A DNA stretch of 52,797 nucleotides, filler included, from Basidiobolus ranarum (taxonomy: Eukaryota), in NCBI GenBank assembly GCA_040143965.1. It is 2 parts of 2 records of this genome, joined end to end, with 100 filler letters (N's around TTAATTAATTAA, not from the genome) between each part and the next. Parts side by side here need not be neighbours in the genome. Positions count along the whole stretch, not along the records: positions 1 to 26,382 come from JASJQH010007007.1; positions 26,483 to 52,797 come from JASJQH010007008.1. One strand, written 5' to 3'. Made by a program: the position numbers and the translations under genes. This document shows, piece after piece, positions 24,419-38,866 of the stretch. Position 1 is the stretch's first letter. Each line of letters starts with the position of its first letter. The notes under the pieces were generated by a model. It was not told the origin of the DNA, made no database searches, and worked only from the letters and a program-made list of their open reading frames with translations.

Positions 24419-25651
24419 TTAAGATGGAACATCGGTTCTCTCGGTTGGAAGCGAAGTTGAATGTGAGGAGGAAGGTTGCTCATCACGACTGGTACCGGAG
24501 GTATGCGATGGTGAAGGATGAGAATCGTTACTTGTATGTTGGGATTCATGTGTACGGTAAGAGCCATCTGGCGTAGTTTTTTCGTTTGAAGTCGTCGATG
24601 AGTGAGAATAATGTGTGGTATCAGAGCTCCATGTAGCCGATGAAACGGGTGATTTGGGTTCACGTGAATGGTATGAGGTACTACTACTCCAAGTTACTGA
24701 CGAGGTTGCCGACGTATGAGAGTAGCGGGAAGTGGGAGGAATAGTATGTGTAGTATTTGTACTCCATGTAGTTGATGAGATGGGTTCACGTGTATGGCGC
24801 GAGGTAGTCGGTAAAGTATGTGTAGTATTACTACTCCAAGGTTCTGATGAAGCTTTGGACGAATGAGAGTAACGAGAGGTGGGTGGTATAGTGTGCGTAG
24901 TATTACTGCTCGAAGTTGCGGACGTATGAGAGTAACGAGAAGTGGACGGTATAGTGTGTGTTGAATTTGTACTCCATGTAACTGACGAGGTGGAGGATAT
25001 AGGTTCACGTGTACGGCGCGAAGTACTTGGTAGCGTGTGTGTAGTATTACTGCTCCAACTTGCTGATGATGTTATGGAAGTGTGAGAGTGACGTGAAGTA
25101 GATGGTATAGTATGTGTACTAGTGGTGCTCCAGGTGGCTGATGAGGTGGGTGAAATGGGTTCACGGGTACGGTGCGAAGTGGGTGGTGCAGTGTGTGTAG
25201 TATTACTTCTTGATTCTGTTGAGGTTGCGGACGTAAGAGAGTGCTGTGAGGTGGGCGGTATAAAATGGGTAGTAGCACCCCTCCTGGTTGTTGGAGTGGG
25301 GTATTGAGGCTCACTTGCGCTGATTGAGGTTGGTAATAGAGAATGGGTAGTACTGACACTTTGAGTCACTGATTCAATTAGGGAGGTGTGGGAGAAATGT
25401 GATGATTCAGAGGTATACGAAATAGAAGAATGAGGAGGACTGGCATGGGTACTTGATCTGGTTGTATATGATGTAGTGCTAGTATCTGCGGGAGATGTAA
25501 TGGACATTCGCAGAGACGAGACCCAAGCGCAACCACAAGTTGGCAAGGTTTGATCATATCCACTAGTCGTAGTGCCAATCGGTGCACTAAGTATATGACT
25601 GGAGTAAAACAACACCAAGGTGCTAATATGAGTTATAATCTTTGAAATCAT
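24419..25651 (-). CDS. Secreted Ser/Thr/His-rich mucin-like tandem-repeat protein, 410 aa
   Basis: N-terminal signal-peptide-like MISKIITHISTLVLFYSSHILSA; repeated TWSSNTTHT(L/I)PxTSR units; no recognisable globular domain. Confidence 0.75.
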   Translation of the reverse strand: MISKIITHISTLVLFYSSHILSAPIGTTTSGYDQTLPTCGCAWVSSLRMSITSPADTSTTSYTTRSSTHASPPHSSISYTSESSHFSHTSLIESVTQSVSTTHSLLPTSISASEPQYPTPTTRRGATTHFIPPTSQHSLTSATSTESRSNTTHTAPPTSHRTREPISPTSSATWSTTSTHTIPSTSRHSHTSITSSASWSSNTTHTLPSTSRRTREPISSTSSVTWSTNSTHTIPSTSRYSHTSATSSSNTTHTIPPTSRYSHSSKASSEPWSSNTTHTLPTTSRHTREPISSTTWSTNTTHTIPPTSRYSHTSATSSVTWSSSTSYHSREPKSPVSSATWSSDTTHYSHSSTTSNEKTTPDGSYRTHESQHTSNDSHPSPSHTSGTSRDEQPSSSHSTSLPTERTDVPS

Positions 25652-26382
25652 GTTGCAAGTTTTTTGTACTCATTTTGGTTTCTATCTATTTATATTTGCT
25701 TAATTCAGCAAAGCCCATACTCTTGTCTCCTTTAAACCTACATGGGCTTTGCTATATGTATCCTAGGTTCCTAGTCTTGACTGGTGCCGCTTAACCTAAG
25801 GCTAGATCACTCGTTGCAACTTCAATGCTAGGGTCTAATGCTTTGTACAGCTAAGCCTTAAAAATTGCCATATCGAGATGAATGATAGTTAGCCAAATTT
25901 TCTCATCCATTTACATGAAAATATCATAATCAACTCAGCCCCGAAATTTCGTCAACTATTGCCATGCAATATATGCATGCTTCTTTGTAGCCTTGAGTCC
26001 AGTGATTTCCCCTAAAGTGAGATAGATAGCCTGAATCGATGAGTTATGCACTGAGAATATCTACTAAGATAAAGGCGATCACCTTAATCAGATCTTATAT
26101 CAGACATCACTTGTTTCTATCCCTACACTACCTTTCCTCTTGAAGAAGTAGGCTTAGTTTACCAGTTTTGCCTAGGAATCGATTCATTCCACCCGAACCA
26201 CATGTAACTATCTGCTTCGCCTCATTGAATCTTATCACTCACAAACATTTATAAGTGAGGACAAGAGCGATAGCAATACCACGATACTGAACATACAAGA
26301 CTTCCAACTACACTCAACCATGCATTTCAACAATCTTCTTTAACTCGGCTGTTATGCTCTCATGTGCAATAACTTTGGCCAG

Positions 26383-26482
26383 NNNNNNNNNNNNNNNNNN
26401 NNNNNNNNNNNNNNNNNNNNNNNNNNTTAATTAATTAANNNNNNNNNNNNNNNNNNNNNNNNNNNNNNNNNNNNNNNNNNNN
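26383..26482. other. Artificial assembly gap / contig linker
   Basis: 44 N + TTAATTAATTAA (stops in all six frames) + 44 N = exactly 100 nt. Confidence 0.95.
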
Positions 26483-26558
26483 TTATTAGTAATACGTAGC
26501 ACCTCTATTTTATGCTAAGAACTTACGTAAGCTTGCTGGTATTTGAGTTAACATCAAT

Positions 26559-26652
26559 GCGTGGTTTTTGTTTAAGTATTAGCGTGATTTTTGTTTAAAT
26601 ATTAGCGTGATTTTTGCTTAAATATTAGCGTGATTTTTGCTTAAATATTAGC
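26559..26652. repeat. Minisatellite, 23-bp unit x4
   Basis: GCGTGATTTTTG(T/C)TTAAATATTA in tandem. Confidence 0.92.
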
Positions 26653-27374
26653 ATGAACTGGCATGTAAACAAAATTATCTATCCCAAACAAGTATGTCAC
26701 AATAAGCTATTTTTATGACAATCTCTTCAATCAGCTACTAGCTATAATGTTTAGCTAAACCTGATATGGAATAGGAATCATACATTAAATCAAGCCACAA
26801 CCATTGTTTATCAACAACAATCGCGAATGTTCTATGGCCAATAATCACTAACAAATCTATTCAAAAAAAGGCCGAAAATTGCATTTTTATCGGAATTGTA
26901 CCTGACTCGATCCTGATCTCTTTGTTCAACTAATCATGCGAATCTTTAGATGAGAAGCAGTGACCAATCTCAATTCGCTTATTATTTTGATATTACAAAT
27001 TAACAATGTGAAACGTACTCGGTGTTTAATTTGTGTATTTGGCGAGATCAGCCAAACTGGGATCTGCTCCAGTTCTATTCACATTTCTCGACTCCAGTCA
27101 TAATTTCATCTTGCCTTCTATGAGCATACAATCCTTATTTATATGCTGGTGGTTGCGCTAAGTTCGCTGTTTTTTCTTCTCTGGAAAAAGAACCTGTTTT
27201 TTCTCATACACCTCTCTAACCCGTGTCACTTGAGTGACATACTAACCTTCTTTAAAACTCTACTTTAAATAATAACTTACAATTAATTTTCAACCTAACC
27301 AAAACGCTATCGTGTACTAGTGGTCAATATCTTTAGTTAAAATCTTATTTGAAACTTCACTTTAGCTATTTCTC

Positions 27375-30016
27375 ATGGAGGTTGATACTGGTATTACCTG
27401 TAGACAAATGTACACCGCCTCTGATTTCAAGTTGAATGACTTTGCCAAGAAGCCCTCAACTACTGCTTATTCTTCAGAGCCCGATTATTCCTCAAGCTCT
27501 TCTAGCTACGAAGAAAATCGCATGTCTAGTACATCAAGTACTGGTCCTAGAACCCCTGACTGCGATAATAGAATGGAGCTTTGGAGCTGTTCGACTGAGG
27601 ATGAGGATGACTTTGAACCCATCGAAAAGTTTTCCCCACCAAAATTTGATAAAAATGGACTACTCGGACTCCAGCGTCCATTAAACAAACTCTCCCTTTC
27701 CATCGATTCCACCGCCACTTCACCTAATTTTGACTCTCACATACTTTCAAGTCCTACTTCAACAAACCAGCATATAGAATCAGATCCTTTCGAAGTCGAA
27801 GAAGATATTTTAGCACAAACATACCTTACTAGAGCACAAAAATCCGAAAAATTGACTAAAATTTTAAGAACAGCATCTTCTAACGGAGATTCTAAACGAG
27901 TAAAGCGCCTACTAGATATTGCCAGGGAGTATATCGATGTTGATGGACAAGATGAAGATGGCACTACTCCACTTATATATTCGGCATGTTGGGGCTATTT
28001 AGAGGTTGCATATACTCTTCTTGAAGCAGGCGCTGATCCCAATGCCCAGGACAAATGTATATTTTCTGTCTTTAGAATTTTCTAACCCAAAAAGTTATCA
28101 CGAAACTAATCCTCGAATCATATTTATATAGCTGGTTGGACTGCTTTGATGTGGGCTACAAATAATCACCATGATGGTATCGTTGCTACATTAATTGACC
28201 ATGGCGCTTCAACTGCCTCTAAATCTTCCAAAGGGCGCACGGTAATGGATTTCGTAAACCATGGCTTGGATAGCGACAGTTTTCAAAATCAAAGAATTTT
28301 AGAAATATTGACAGACCCTCGAGATGGTGCCGGTAGTAGCGGTAGCAACCGTGAAAGTGGCTATTATACTTCTTCTCGAGCAGACATTGAGAGTGTAATA
28401 TCAGAAAGTGACATTCTATTCAAAATGACTTTGGATCGAGCCAAGGGAAATGATGGTGATCTGACTGACTTCCGATTTAGTGACTATGGAGTAAGTGTTA
28501 GAACAGTATTGATGTTGATTGGTATTTTGTTCTTACAGTTATTCGTTATAACAGGATTTCGAAGATGAAACTGAATTCTCTTGGGATAACATTCAACCTG
28601 ACCAAATGTTTGTAATCACTCATGACAACCTCGATTTCTTGCTAGAAAAAATCATCACCAATATGAAGCCAAGTTATTCCCGTGAACATAAATTTATCCC
28701 TGCCAATATCTTATTCTTAGCAGCACGTTACGCTGTCCTCTTGGGTGGACCCGATCTACTTGATGCAATGATGAACCAATCTTTCGAAAAGATATTGGAA
28801 ACTGTCCAGGTACCGACCCTTCTAAATATATACTTCAAGTAGCACCATGACTAAGTTGTTTTTTTAGAAAAATTGCCAAGACATGTCCTTTTTAGCATTT
28901 TGGCTATCCAATTGCACCCTTTTACTGTACTACTTGAAGAGAGACCCTAATCTTGTCACAGTCACTGTTGAGTTTCAGCTAGGATTATCTGAACTGATAC
29001 ACGAACTTTATCAAAAGTTTGTTCGTAATGTCACTCAGCGAATTGAAGAGGTATTAGAGCCAGCAATGCTGGTCCATGATGCATTACCAGGGATGGAGGA
29101 TATTAAGTTTGTTGGTGAAAAAAGAAACTTTTTGTTTTCAGGAAAGAAAGCTTTCACGCCTCCGCCTTCTCCACGTACTAGCCGATTCTCTATTCGGCGT
29201 AAAAGTCGATTCTCATCCCCACGCGGTTCTTCACCTCGTATTAAGCCTGCTACCCCCAAAACTGTTACATCCATTCTTTCCTCTACACTGATTGTTCTTC
29301 AGTCGTACGAAGTTCATCCCATCATTATTCATTACGCGTTGAATCAGATATTCTACTATATCTCCGCCGAAATGTTTAATCGACTAATGATCACTAAAGA
29401 GTATTGTTGTAGAATCAAGGCGATGCAGATTCGTATGAATATCTCCACTATAGAGGACTGGGTGCACAGTAATCGCTTGCCTCAAGTTTTGATTCAGCAT
29501 TTCCAGTCGCTAATTCAACTACTTCAGCTTCTTCAATGTATCTCTGGTCTGACCGATCTAACTGAATTGCTTGTAACAATTAAAGAGCTTTCAGGATTGA
29601 ATCTTCTCCAATTCTATCGTATTTCCAGTAATTACCGTTATGAGGTCGGAGAAAGCTCAATTCCTGAAGAAGTAAGCCAGTATTTAGAACAGGTAGTAAG
29701 AGATACTTGCGATTTCAACGCCCGAACTTCTACTGAAATAGACAGAGAGGGGCATCGCACTCCCAAGGTCCGAGAAGAGGTTATTGATATTCTACCGACT
29801 AGCGAGTATGGACAGTCCACTGGGACAAGTCAGCAATCTGGAGATATGGAAGAGCTGATGGATCCCACACATCTCCTTCCATTTGCCATACCAACAAGTT
29901 CTGAAATGCTCAATGGCTGGGGTAGGAGCGAAAAAGAATATGTACCCTACATACCTGACTCCTTCTTTGTAGAATTGGATGGAGAATTGCAAGAAAGATT
30001 TGAAGGACAATATTGA
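27375..30016 (+). CDS. Ankyrin-repeat plus Dilute (DIL) domain protein, 4 exons
   Basis: Ankyrin motifs GTTPLIYSACWG and GWTALMWATNN; DIL motifs LAFWLSNC, FNRLM..YCCRIKAMQIRMNISTIEDW, LIQLLQLLQ. Confidence 0.88.
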
Positions 30017-30527
30017 GGTGTTGATTTAGATCATTTCGGATCTTCGTAGATAATACTTTCTAAATGTTTCATAGCCCATATTAGCCGTATCTTAATCCTA
30101 ATCCATTCGTTTCTTACATAATAGCACATCTTCATATTCTGTGAATATAGTCCATTTTCATTTACTACACTGATCATTTTGTTATTTTAAAAATCATTTG
30201 TAGCCGTTGTAGCCGTAATAAAACCAACTACTTTTTTTCCATGCTGAGATCAAGTTGAATAGATGTAAATGGGGATGGACATTAGAACTTGCTGAAAAAG
30301 GTCTAGACACATTCAATTTATATATTGATTCAATGATAAGTAGGTTTCAACTACCCGCCATTCATTTGTTGGTGGTGTTTAATCGATCTTACATAAGAAA
30401 AGTTCAGATAAAATGGGAGTGTATGAATATAATAAAATATGCGAGAATAAAGATCAAATAGAATACAGTGAAAAGTGAATTTACAAGAAATATGAACTGG
30501 GTTTTTCGGTTAGAAGGTCTAGTAGTA

Positions 30528-32570
30528 TCAACCATTGATGGTACCCCCGTATGTAGAAGCCCGTTTTAGCCCCTGGAACATCCAGCTGTCCTCAGTATCA
30601 ACAAGTCCACTACCTGTAACCTCCAAATCAATCCTTAAGTATTTTCGATCTTTAGGACCTGCAGCCCAGGGTGGGGGGAAAACTCCACCAACAGGTGAAA
30701 GAAGTGAAATGCGAGGACGTTGATTTAATGTCTTTTGATCTGTCTCATTGTGCTTTGCAAAGAAATGTTGCAAATTATCACAATAAAGATACGCATGCTC
30801 AACAAGGGGAAGAACGTTGTGTTGATTTTTCCTAAAGGTAGTAACCGCCATAGAAACTTGCTCCTTGTTTTCAGGTTTACTCGGGAAAGCGGGTTTAACT
30901 CGCTGCTTGTCAGAGGCAGGACCGAGACTGAGCCACGAATGTATAGCTCGGGTCGCTTCTTCACCAGATGCACTTCGGGGGAGTTCAGTCCTATTCATTT
31001 GACATTTCAAGTTATCCTCTTCAACCGGAAGTGAGCGTTTGACAGATTTTCCTTTGCCTTTCGTCGAGTCACGAACATTTTCGACATCAACTACACGTGG
31101 AGTGGTGGCACTGTTAACATGCGAAGATGGGGAGAAAAGATTGGACCCCATTGTAGCACGACTTCCATAGTTACCGCCAATAGTTGACTGATAGTTGGTC
31201 ATTGGCAATGAGAAAAGTGCAAAAGAGAAGAATATTATCATCAATACCACACCGGTAGTTTTCGGCTTGGATAGCCTTTTATCCTCAAACTTGATTACTT
31301 CGTCCGCTTCAGATTCTACTATATAATTGCTTTCCAAGTCAATATCCATCGTTTCGATTTCAATTGCCGTATCACTAGGACTATCCTTCGATGCTGGTTG
31401 CTCTTTGGATATACCAACTTCTTCGAGCATTCTACGTAATTTTAAACACTCTTCCAAAGCTTTGTCTCTTTCGTCAGAGATTATACTCATTTGATCTTCA
31501 AGTTCCTCAACTTTGATTCTCAGCTCATCATTTTCTTGTACGAGAGTTTCATTTGTAGTTTCCAAATTCGCCATATGCTCTCTCTTCCTCTTACGAGATA
31601 ACAAAGCAGCCGCTCTGTTCTTAATTAACCGTTCTTGGCGTTTACTCAATGCTGCTACTGCAGCCTCGGTTGGGGGAGTAGTGATTTTGTTTGGAGTTAC
31701 ATGTACAGATTGATTTCCGGATTTGGGTGACACTATAGCTGGTTTGGGATTATCAGTTGGAAGGTTCTGTAGAGGAATTTCGGTAACTTCTCTTTTCACA
31801 ACAACAACATCGTTACTGCTCGGTAGGCATACTTCCTGTTTGGTTTCAGCAAAGCCAAGTGGAACACTGGTTTGAGAACTGACAGGTATGAGTGGCTTTA
31901 GAGGCACAAGATTTGCCGTTGAAGGAGCAGGACAAGGCTCTCTTTTCTTTCTACCTCTCTTCTTCTTTGGTGGCTCTGGAGTAGGCTGGGCTGGAGACAT
32001 AATGGGAATTGGTGTGGCAAATAAAGGGAAAGCGGGTAAACCTGCAAGGCCGTGAGGGTAAAATAATGGAGCCTGGCCACCCAGGTGTTTGGGGAGAGGG
32101 ACACCCTGGAGGAAAGGAACCGTTTGGTGTTGAGTTTGCAACTTCAACGAAAGGTCGTCAATAGATAGAGGAGTGGAAGTTAAAGAATTCTTGCTTGAAG
32201 AGGAACTTGAAGCAGCATTTTCTAATACACACTCTTCGTTAACATACTGCCAATAATCAGCTTCTGGCTCCTCAAGTTTTGGAGAAGTAAGTCCAGGGGA
32301 TCCTCCTTTAGAACTATGAGGTGAACTAGGAAGTTCGTGTAGGCCACCGTTGTCATCGGAAGAAGAGCTAGACCAGGGCGGAGAGGCTCCACCAGAAATA
32401 CTTTCTTTATCTACGGTTGGGACGTTGTTCAAGAAGTCCCAAAGATTGTCGTCGTTGGCCAAAAGTTTCGGATCGGATAGAGAAGCGTCTGTATCGGCGA
32501 AACAGTCTTGGTTTAGAAAGGAGAGAATAAGATCTTCACTCTCTTGGTTTTCTGAAGTATTGGAAGACAT
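30528..32570 (-). CDS. Membrane-tethered bZIP transcription factor, ATF6/CREB3-like, 680 aa, intronless
   Basis: Basic region KRQERLIKNRAAALLSRKRKREH plus leucine zipper; single TM GVVLMIIFFSFALFSLP; C-terminal RPRISLLSP and YLRIDLEV motifs. Confidence 0.85.
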   Translation of the reverse strand: MSSNTSENQESEDLILSFLNQDCFADTDASLSDPKLLANDDNLWDFLNNVPTVDKESISGGASPPWSSSSSDDNGGLHELPSSPHSSKGGSPGLTSPKLEEPEADYWQYVNEECVLENAASSSSSSKNSLTSTPLSIDDLSLKLQTQHQTVPFLQGVPLPKHLGGQAPLFYPHGLAGLPAFPLFATPIPIMSPAQPTPEPPKKKRGRKKREPCPAPSTANLVPLKPLIPVSSQTSVPLGFAETKQEVCLPSSNDVVVVKREVTEIPLQNLPTDNPKPAIVSPKSGNQSVHVTPNKITTPPTEAAVAALSKRQERLIKNRAAALLSRKRKREHMANLETTNETLVQENDELRIKVEELEDQMSIISDERDKALEECLKLRRMLEEVGISKEQPASKDSPSDTAIEIETMDIDLESNYIVESEADEVIKFEDKRLSKPKTTGVVLMIIFFSFALFSLPMTNYQSTIGGNYGSRATMGSNLFSPSSHVNSATTPRVVDVENVRDSTKGKGKSVKRSLPVEEDNLKCQMNRTELPRSASGEEATRAIHSWLSLGPASDKQRVKPAFPSKPENKEQVSMAVTTFRKNQHNVLPLVEHAYLYCDNLQHFFAKHNETDQKTLNQRPRISLLSPVGGVFPPPWAAGPKDRKYLRIDLEVTGSGLVDTEDSWMFQGLKRASTYGGTING

Positions 32571-34913
32571 TGCAACTATCGTATTTATTTATATCAAGCG
32601 TTAACCGTTGTATAGTTAAGCTCGTCTCAATAGTTCAGAAGCAAAGTGTATATTCAAACCAATTGACAAAGGGGACCAACAGGTCTAACAGTAATGGCAA
32701 GACTGATCAAGGACCGGATATGTGTACCTTAGTCTACCTTAAATAGTTCCCTGTTACTCAGATCAAGGCGTCAGACTATTTCATTATCTGAGAGATCCAC
32801 CTATAAAACTGGCAAATCTAGGATAATATTGAGCCAAATCAGAGTTGGTAGTAGGTTGAGCAGACTCACCCACTGTACCATTAGCCCCTCACCAACCCCA
32901 ATCGACCAATACGCAAACTGACTTTAGCTTGAGCCTTTGTGTGCATTATTGAACCATCACAATGCTCTGACTAGGCTTGTAGAACCTACCTAACTCAGAA
33001 ACTAAATGTAGCCCATGAAGCAATACGGTACATTGCACACAAACGTACGACCATTTTCTCACACACTGATAGAGGAATCCTTTAATACGCCTTCCATTTT
33101 AAGTATAATTATTTTTGTGTTCTTACTACTTGGCCATATGAAATCATTCGTATCACATGATGGAAATTGCTTTTGACATGTAATAATAGCAGCCATCTAT
33201 TTGAATTGTGTTGTTCTGTAGTAGTGTATTATCTGATCATGCTGGAAGATGATTGATCCGAGCTATGTTTGTCCACACTGCCACAGTGCCACTTTGTACA
33301 AAACCGACGCTTTAGAATAAGCTAAGTATAGAAGGTAGAGCGAGAGCAAAGAGAAGAATGAACGAAGAGTGCAACGGATGGGGAATAAGTAGCCTAGAGT
33401 GAGTGCTATGGGGAGCTGGAGTCACCGGTACGCAGTGAATCATGTTGAAGAATCGGGTAATCCGTCCCCAAGCTACAGACCCTATCAATGTCGATTCAAT
33501 CTTATATTTCAAACAGTGATTAGGGGGTGGGGACCATAACCCTTACTTTTGTCATTCGAGGCAATCAGGTGTATCCGGCAGGGCATGCTCGAGTCTTCTA
33601 TTTGCTTAAAAAGGTCGAATTTCACTTGATAGCTGTTGTCGAGGATATATCGATTGCCTAACAATCAGGTATTCGCATGTCGGATCTTCACTATATATGG
33701 GAATGATTCGAACCTGTTTCTAGTCCAATAATTCCGGTTAAGCGAGGGGCAACCAACTAGATGGTACTGGAACAAATGAGAGTGAACAAAAGGAATTCGA
33801 GCAAATGACAAATAATAGTCTAATTCTCATTTTTGTCAATAACTGGTTTTCTCGTCCAATCAAACCCTAGACTGAACCATTCATCGCGCCACCAATGAAT
33901 TAGGCAATTTGATAAAATATCACTATGCATATGGGACTATTGCCGCAAATGAGACTAATTATGCTATTGCCTTCTTAGCCGCAAGGAAATCTATGCTACA
34001 TATGAGTAATGCACCAAGTAGAGTGATATTGCAATAATTCATCTCACCTTTGTTTGGTGGAAGGTAAGTTGGCTCAAGCAACCTATGCTAGGCGAGTAGA
34101 GTACAGGTCCTAGTTAAAGATTGATTTCCTTTCATGATAAACAAGAAATTAACGCGAGTTATCACGATATTCGATTTGGCTGTGAACCTGGCTTAAATTA
34201 GTGAATGTATGCTGTATGCTATTCTATTTATGTGCAACAGAATCAATAGAGATAAACAGGCCATGACTAACATGTGAAAATATAGTCATTATATGCATAA
34301 TACATCAATAGGAGCCCAAGTTTCAACGTCATATTGGAAGTGATGCTATACGTTGTTTCTTAAATTTTGGCTCGTGATATTGGTAGCGTAGGGTTAGTTG
34401 GTTTATAGCTGCTGATTATTCTTTTTGATTTTAGGGTGTTTAATATTCTACCAAGTCTCATTCTCCAGAAAACATTAGATCACTCGATCTTGCAATACAA
34501 TACTATCAGATATATTCAATGCATTTTCTATGTTCATTTTTTATTCTTCATAGATCATCTTTTAAGCTACTTTGGTTTAGTATCTAGTAATCTTACCCAG
34601 ACAATCTTCCAATAGTTTACAACACCACGAACCGTTCCTTACCATTCTTACAGTCCCCCATTTAACTTTCTTTAAGCAATTCTCATTTCTCGCTAGACAA
34701 CTTCGAGTGCCTGTCCTTAACTGAATTTCTTTAGTTTTAATACTGAACCTTTTTACAGTTCTGGCTAGTTTCGGTTATAATAGGCAAAATTATCTTGTTG
34801 CGTAAATATTGTTTAGTCAGCAGTTGTAAACTCTACGCAGAAACCACATTGCGTTATTTCTCTTCCATTCCTATTGTTCAAAAATTATCTTTGTAAGTTA
34901 AAAGAAGCCAGTT

Positions 34914-37757
<2,844 letters not shown>

Positions 37758-38866
37758 CTCGTCTTAACACTGCATACTCTTAAATCGTTACCGCATTGCC
37801 AGAATTCCACCAACGCACAACATTTTTTGTTCAGCTAGAATTACGAAATCTCTTTCTATCGATCAGATAAACCGTGTTTGTTTTTGCATTTTTATTCTAT
37901 TTCTTATCAAAACTTGCACACCCGCAGCGCTTCTACTTTTCTTTTCTTCCCTTCCCTTCCCTTCCCCTCCCTTTCCATTTCATTGACTTTGAGGAATTAC
38001 AACGCACCTAAATCTCATAGTATTAACATGTATGTACTGATTCAAGATACTCTTGGTTTTTTGAGATCCAATTTAAATAATATCAATAGGCATCCCATTT
38101 TGAGTTTGAATTTACGTAGTAAAAGAACTTGGTATACACGTGCTCTTGAGTTTTCTCTCTATCTTGCTTCATAGCTCCGTTTAATGATCAATTAGAGTAG
38201 CATGACGTTTATGTTGTTGTTAGTTAGATATTCTGATGTTTGTCTTGTTGGGAGTTAGATGTTCCGACGTTTAAAATGCGCCCTTTATTATGTATGACAT
38301 CGCCATAGAAGCAGCAGCTAGTTCTGATGAAACAAGTAATGCATGAACTGTACTTGAACAAGTCTTGGTGCATCGATGATCAGTATTGGGGCTGTAGTCC
38401 AACCCTCCTAAACTGATGTATAGATGAGAGCATAAATTAAATTTGTCACCAATTGATGAGATTCTGCAATGATGTTAGTCTGCAAATATGAAAGAGCCTA
38501 CCAATTAACTAGCTTTGTCAATAGAATCATTCAAGTTGATTAATTTACCACACGTTTCTTTGATCTAATGAAATGAACGTATTAAACAGTCCATGGCGTG
38601 TCACGTTGTTGGATCATTTCTAAAATAGATATTCCCTACGTTTACTCTAGCTATAGCTTCACCTCTGAAGAGTAAATACATAGCGGTTGAGTTTACTGCT
38701 GTTACATATTTATCACTCACTTGTATTGGCTTCATTGACAGTTATTCCTTTATTACATTGTTAGACTTCACTACAGTAAAGAAAGCGACTCTTTCTTGCT
38801 CTTTAACAAAAGAATAGCCATTCAATTCTTTTGCTCCTCAACGTTGTCTTAAGTCATATTTGTATT

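Noticed and set aside
24616-24627. TGGTATCAGAGC, the canonical tRNA-iMet primer binding site
   Set aside because: It lies inside the mucin-like ORF, is not preceded by an LTR ending in CA, and no gag-pol follows
26559-26652. Regular short repeats as a CRISPR-like array (also 47101-47166)
   Set aside because: Head-to-tail units with no spacers in a eukaryotic genome; these are minisatellites
38611-38622. GGATCATTTCTA resembling U3 snoRNA box A
   Set aside because: Box A' and convincing B/C/D boxes not found
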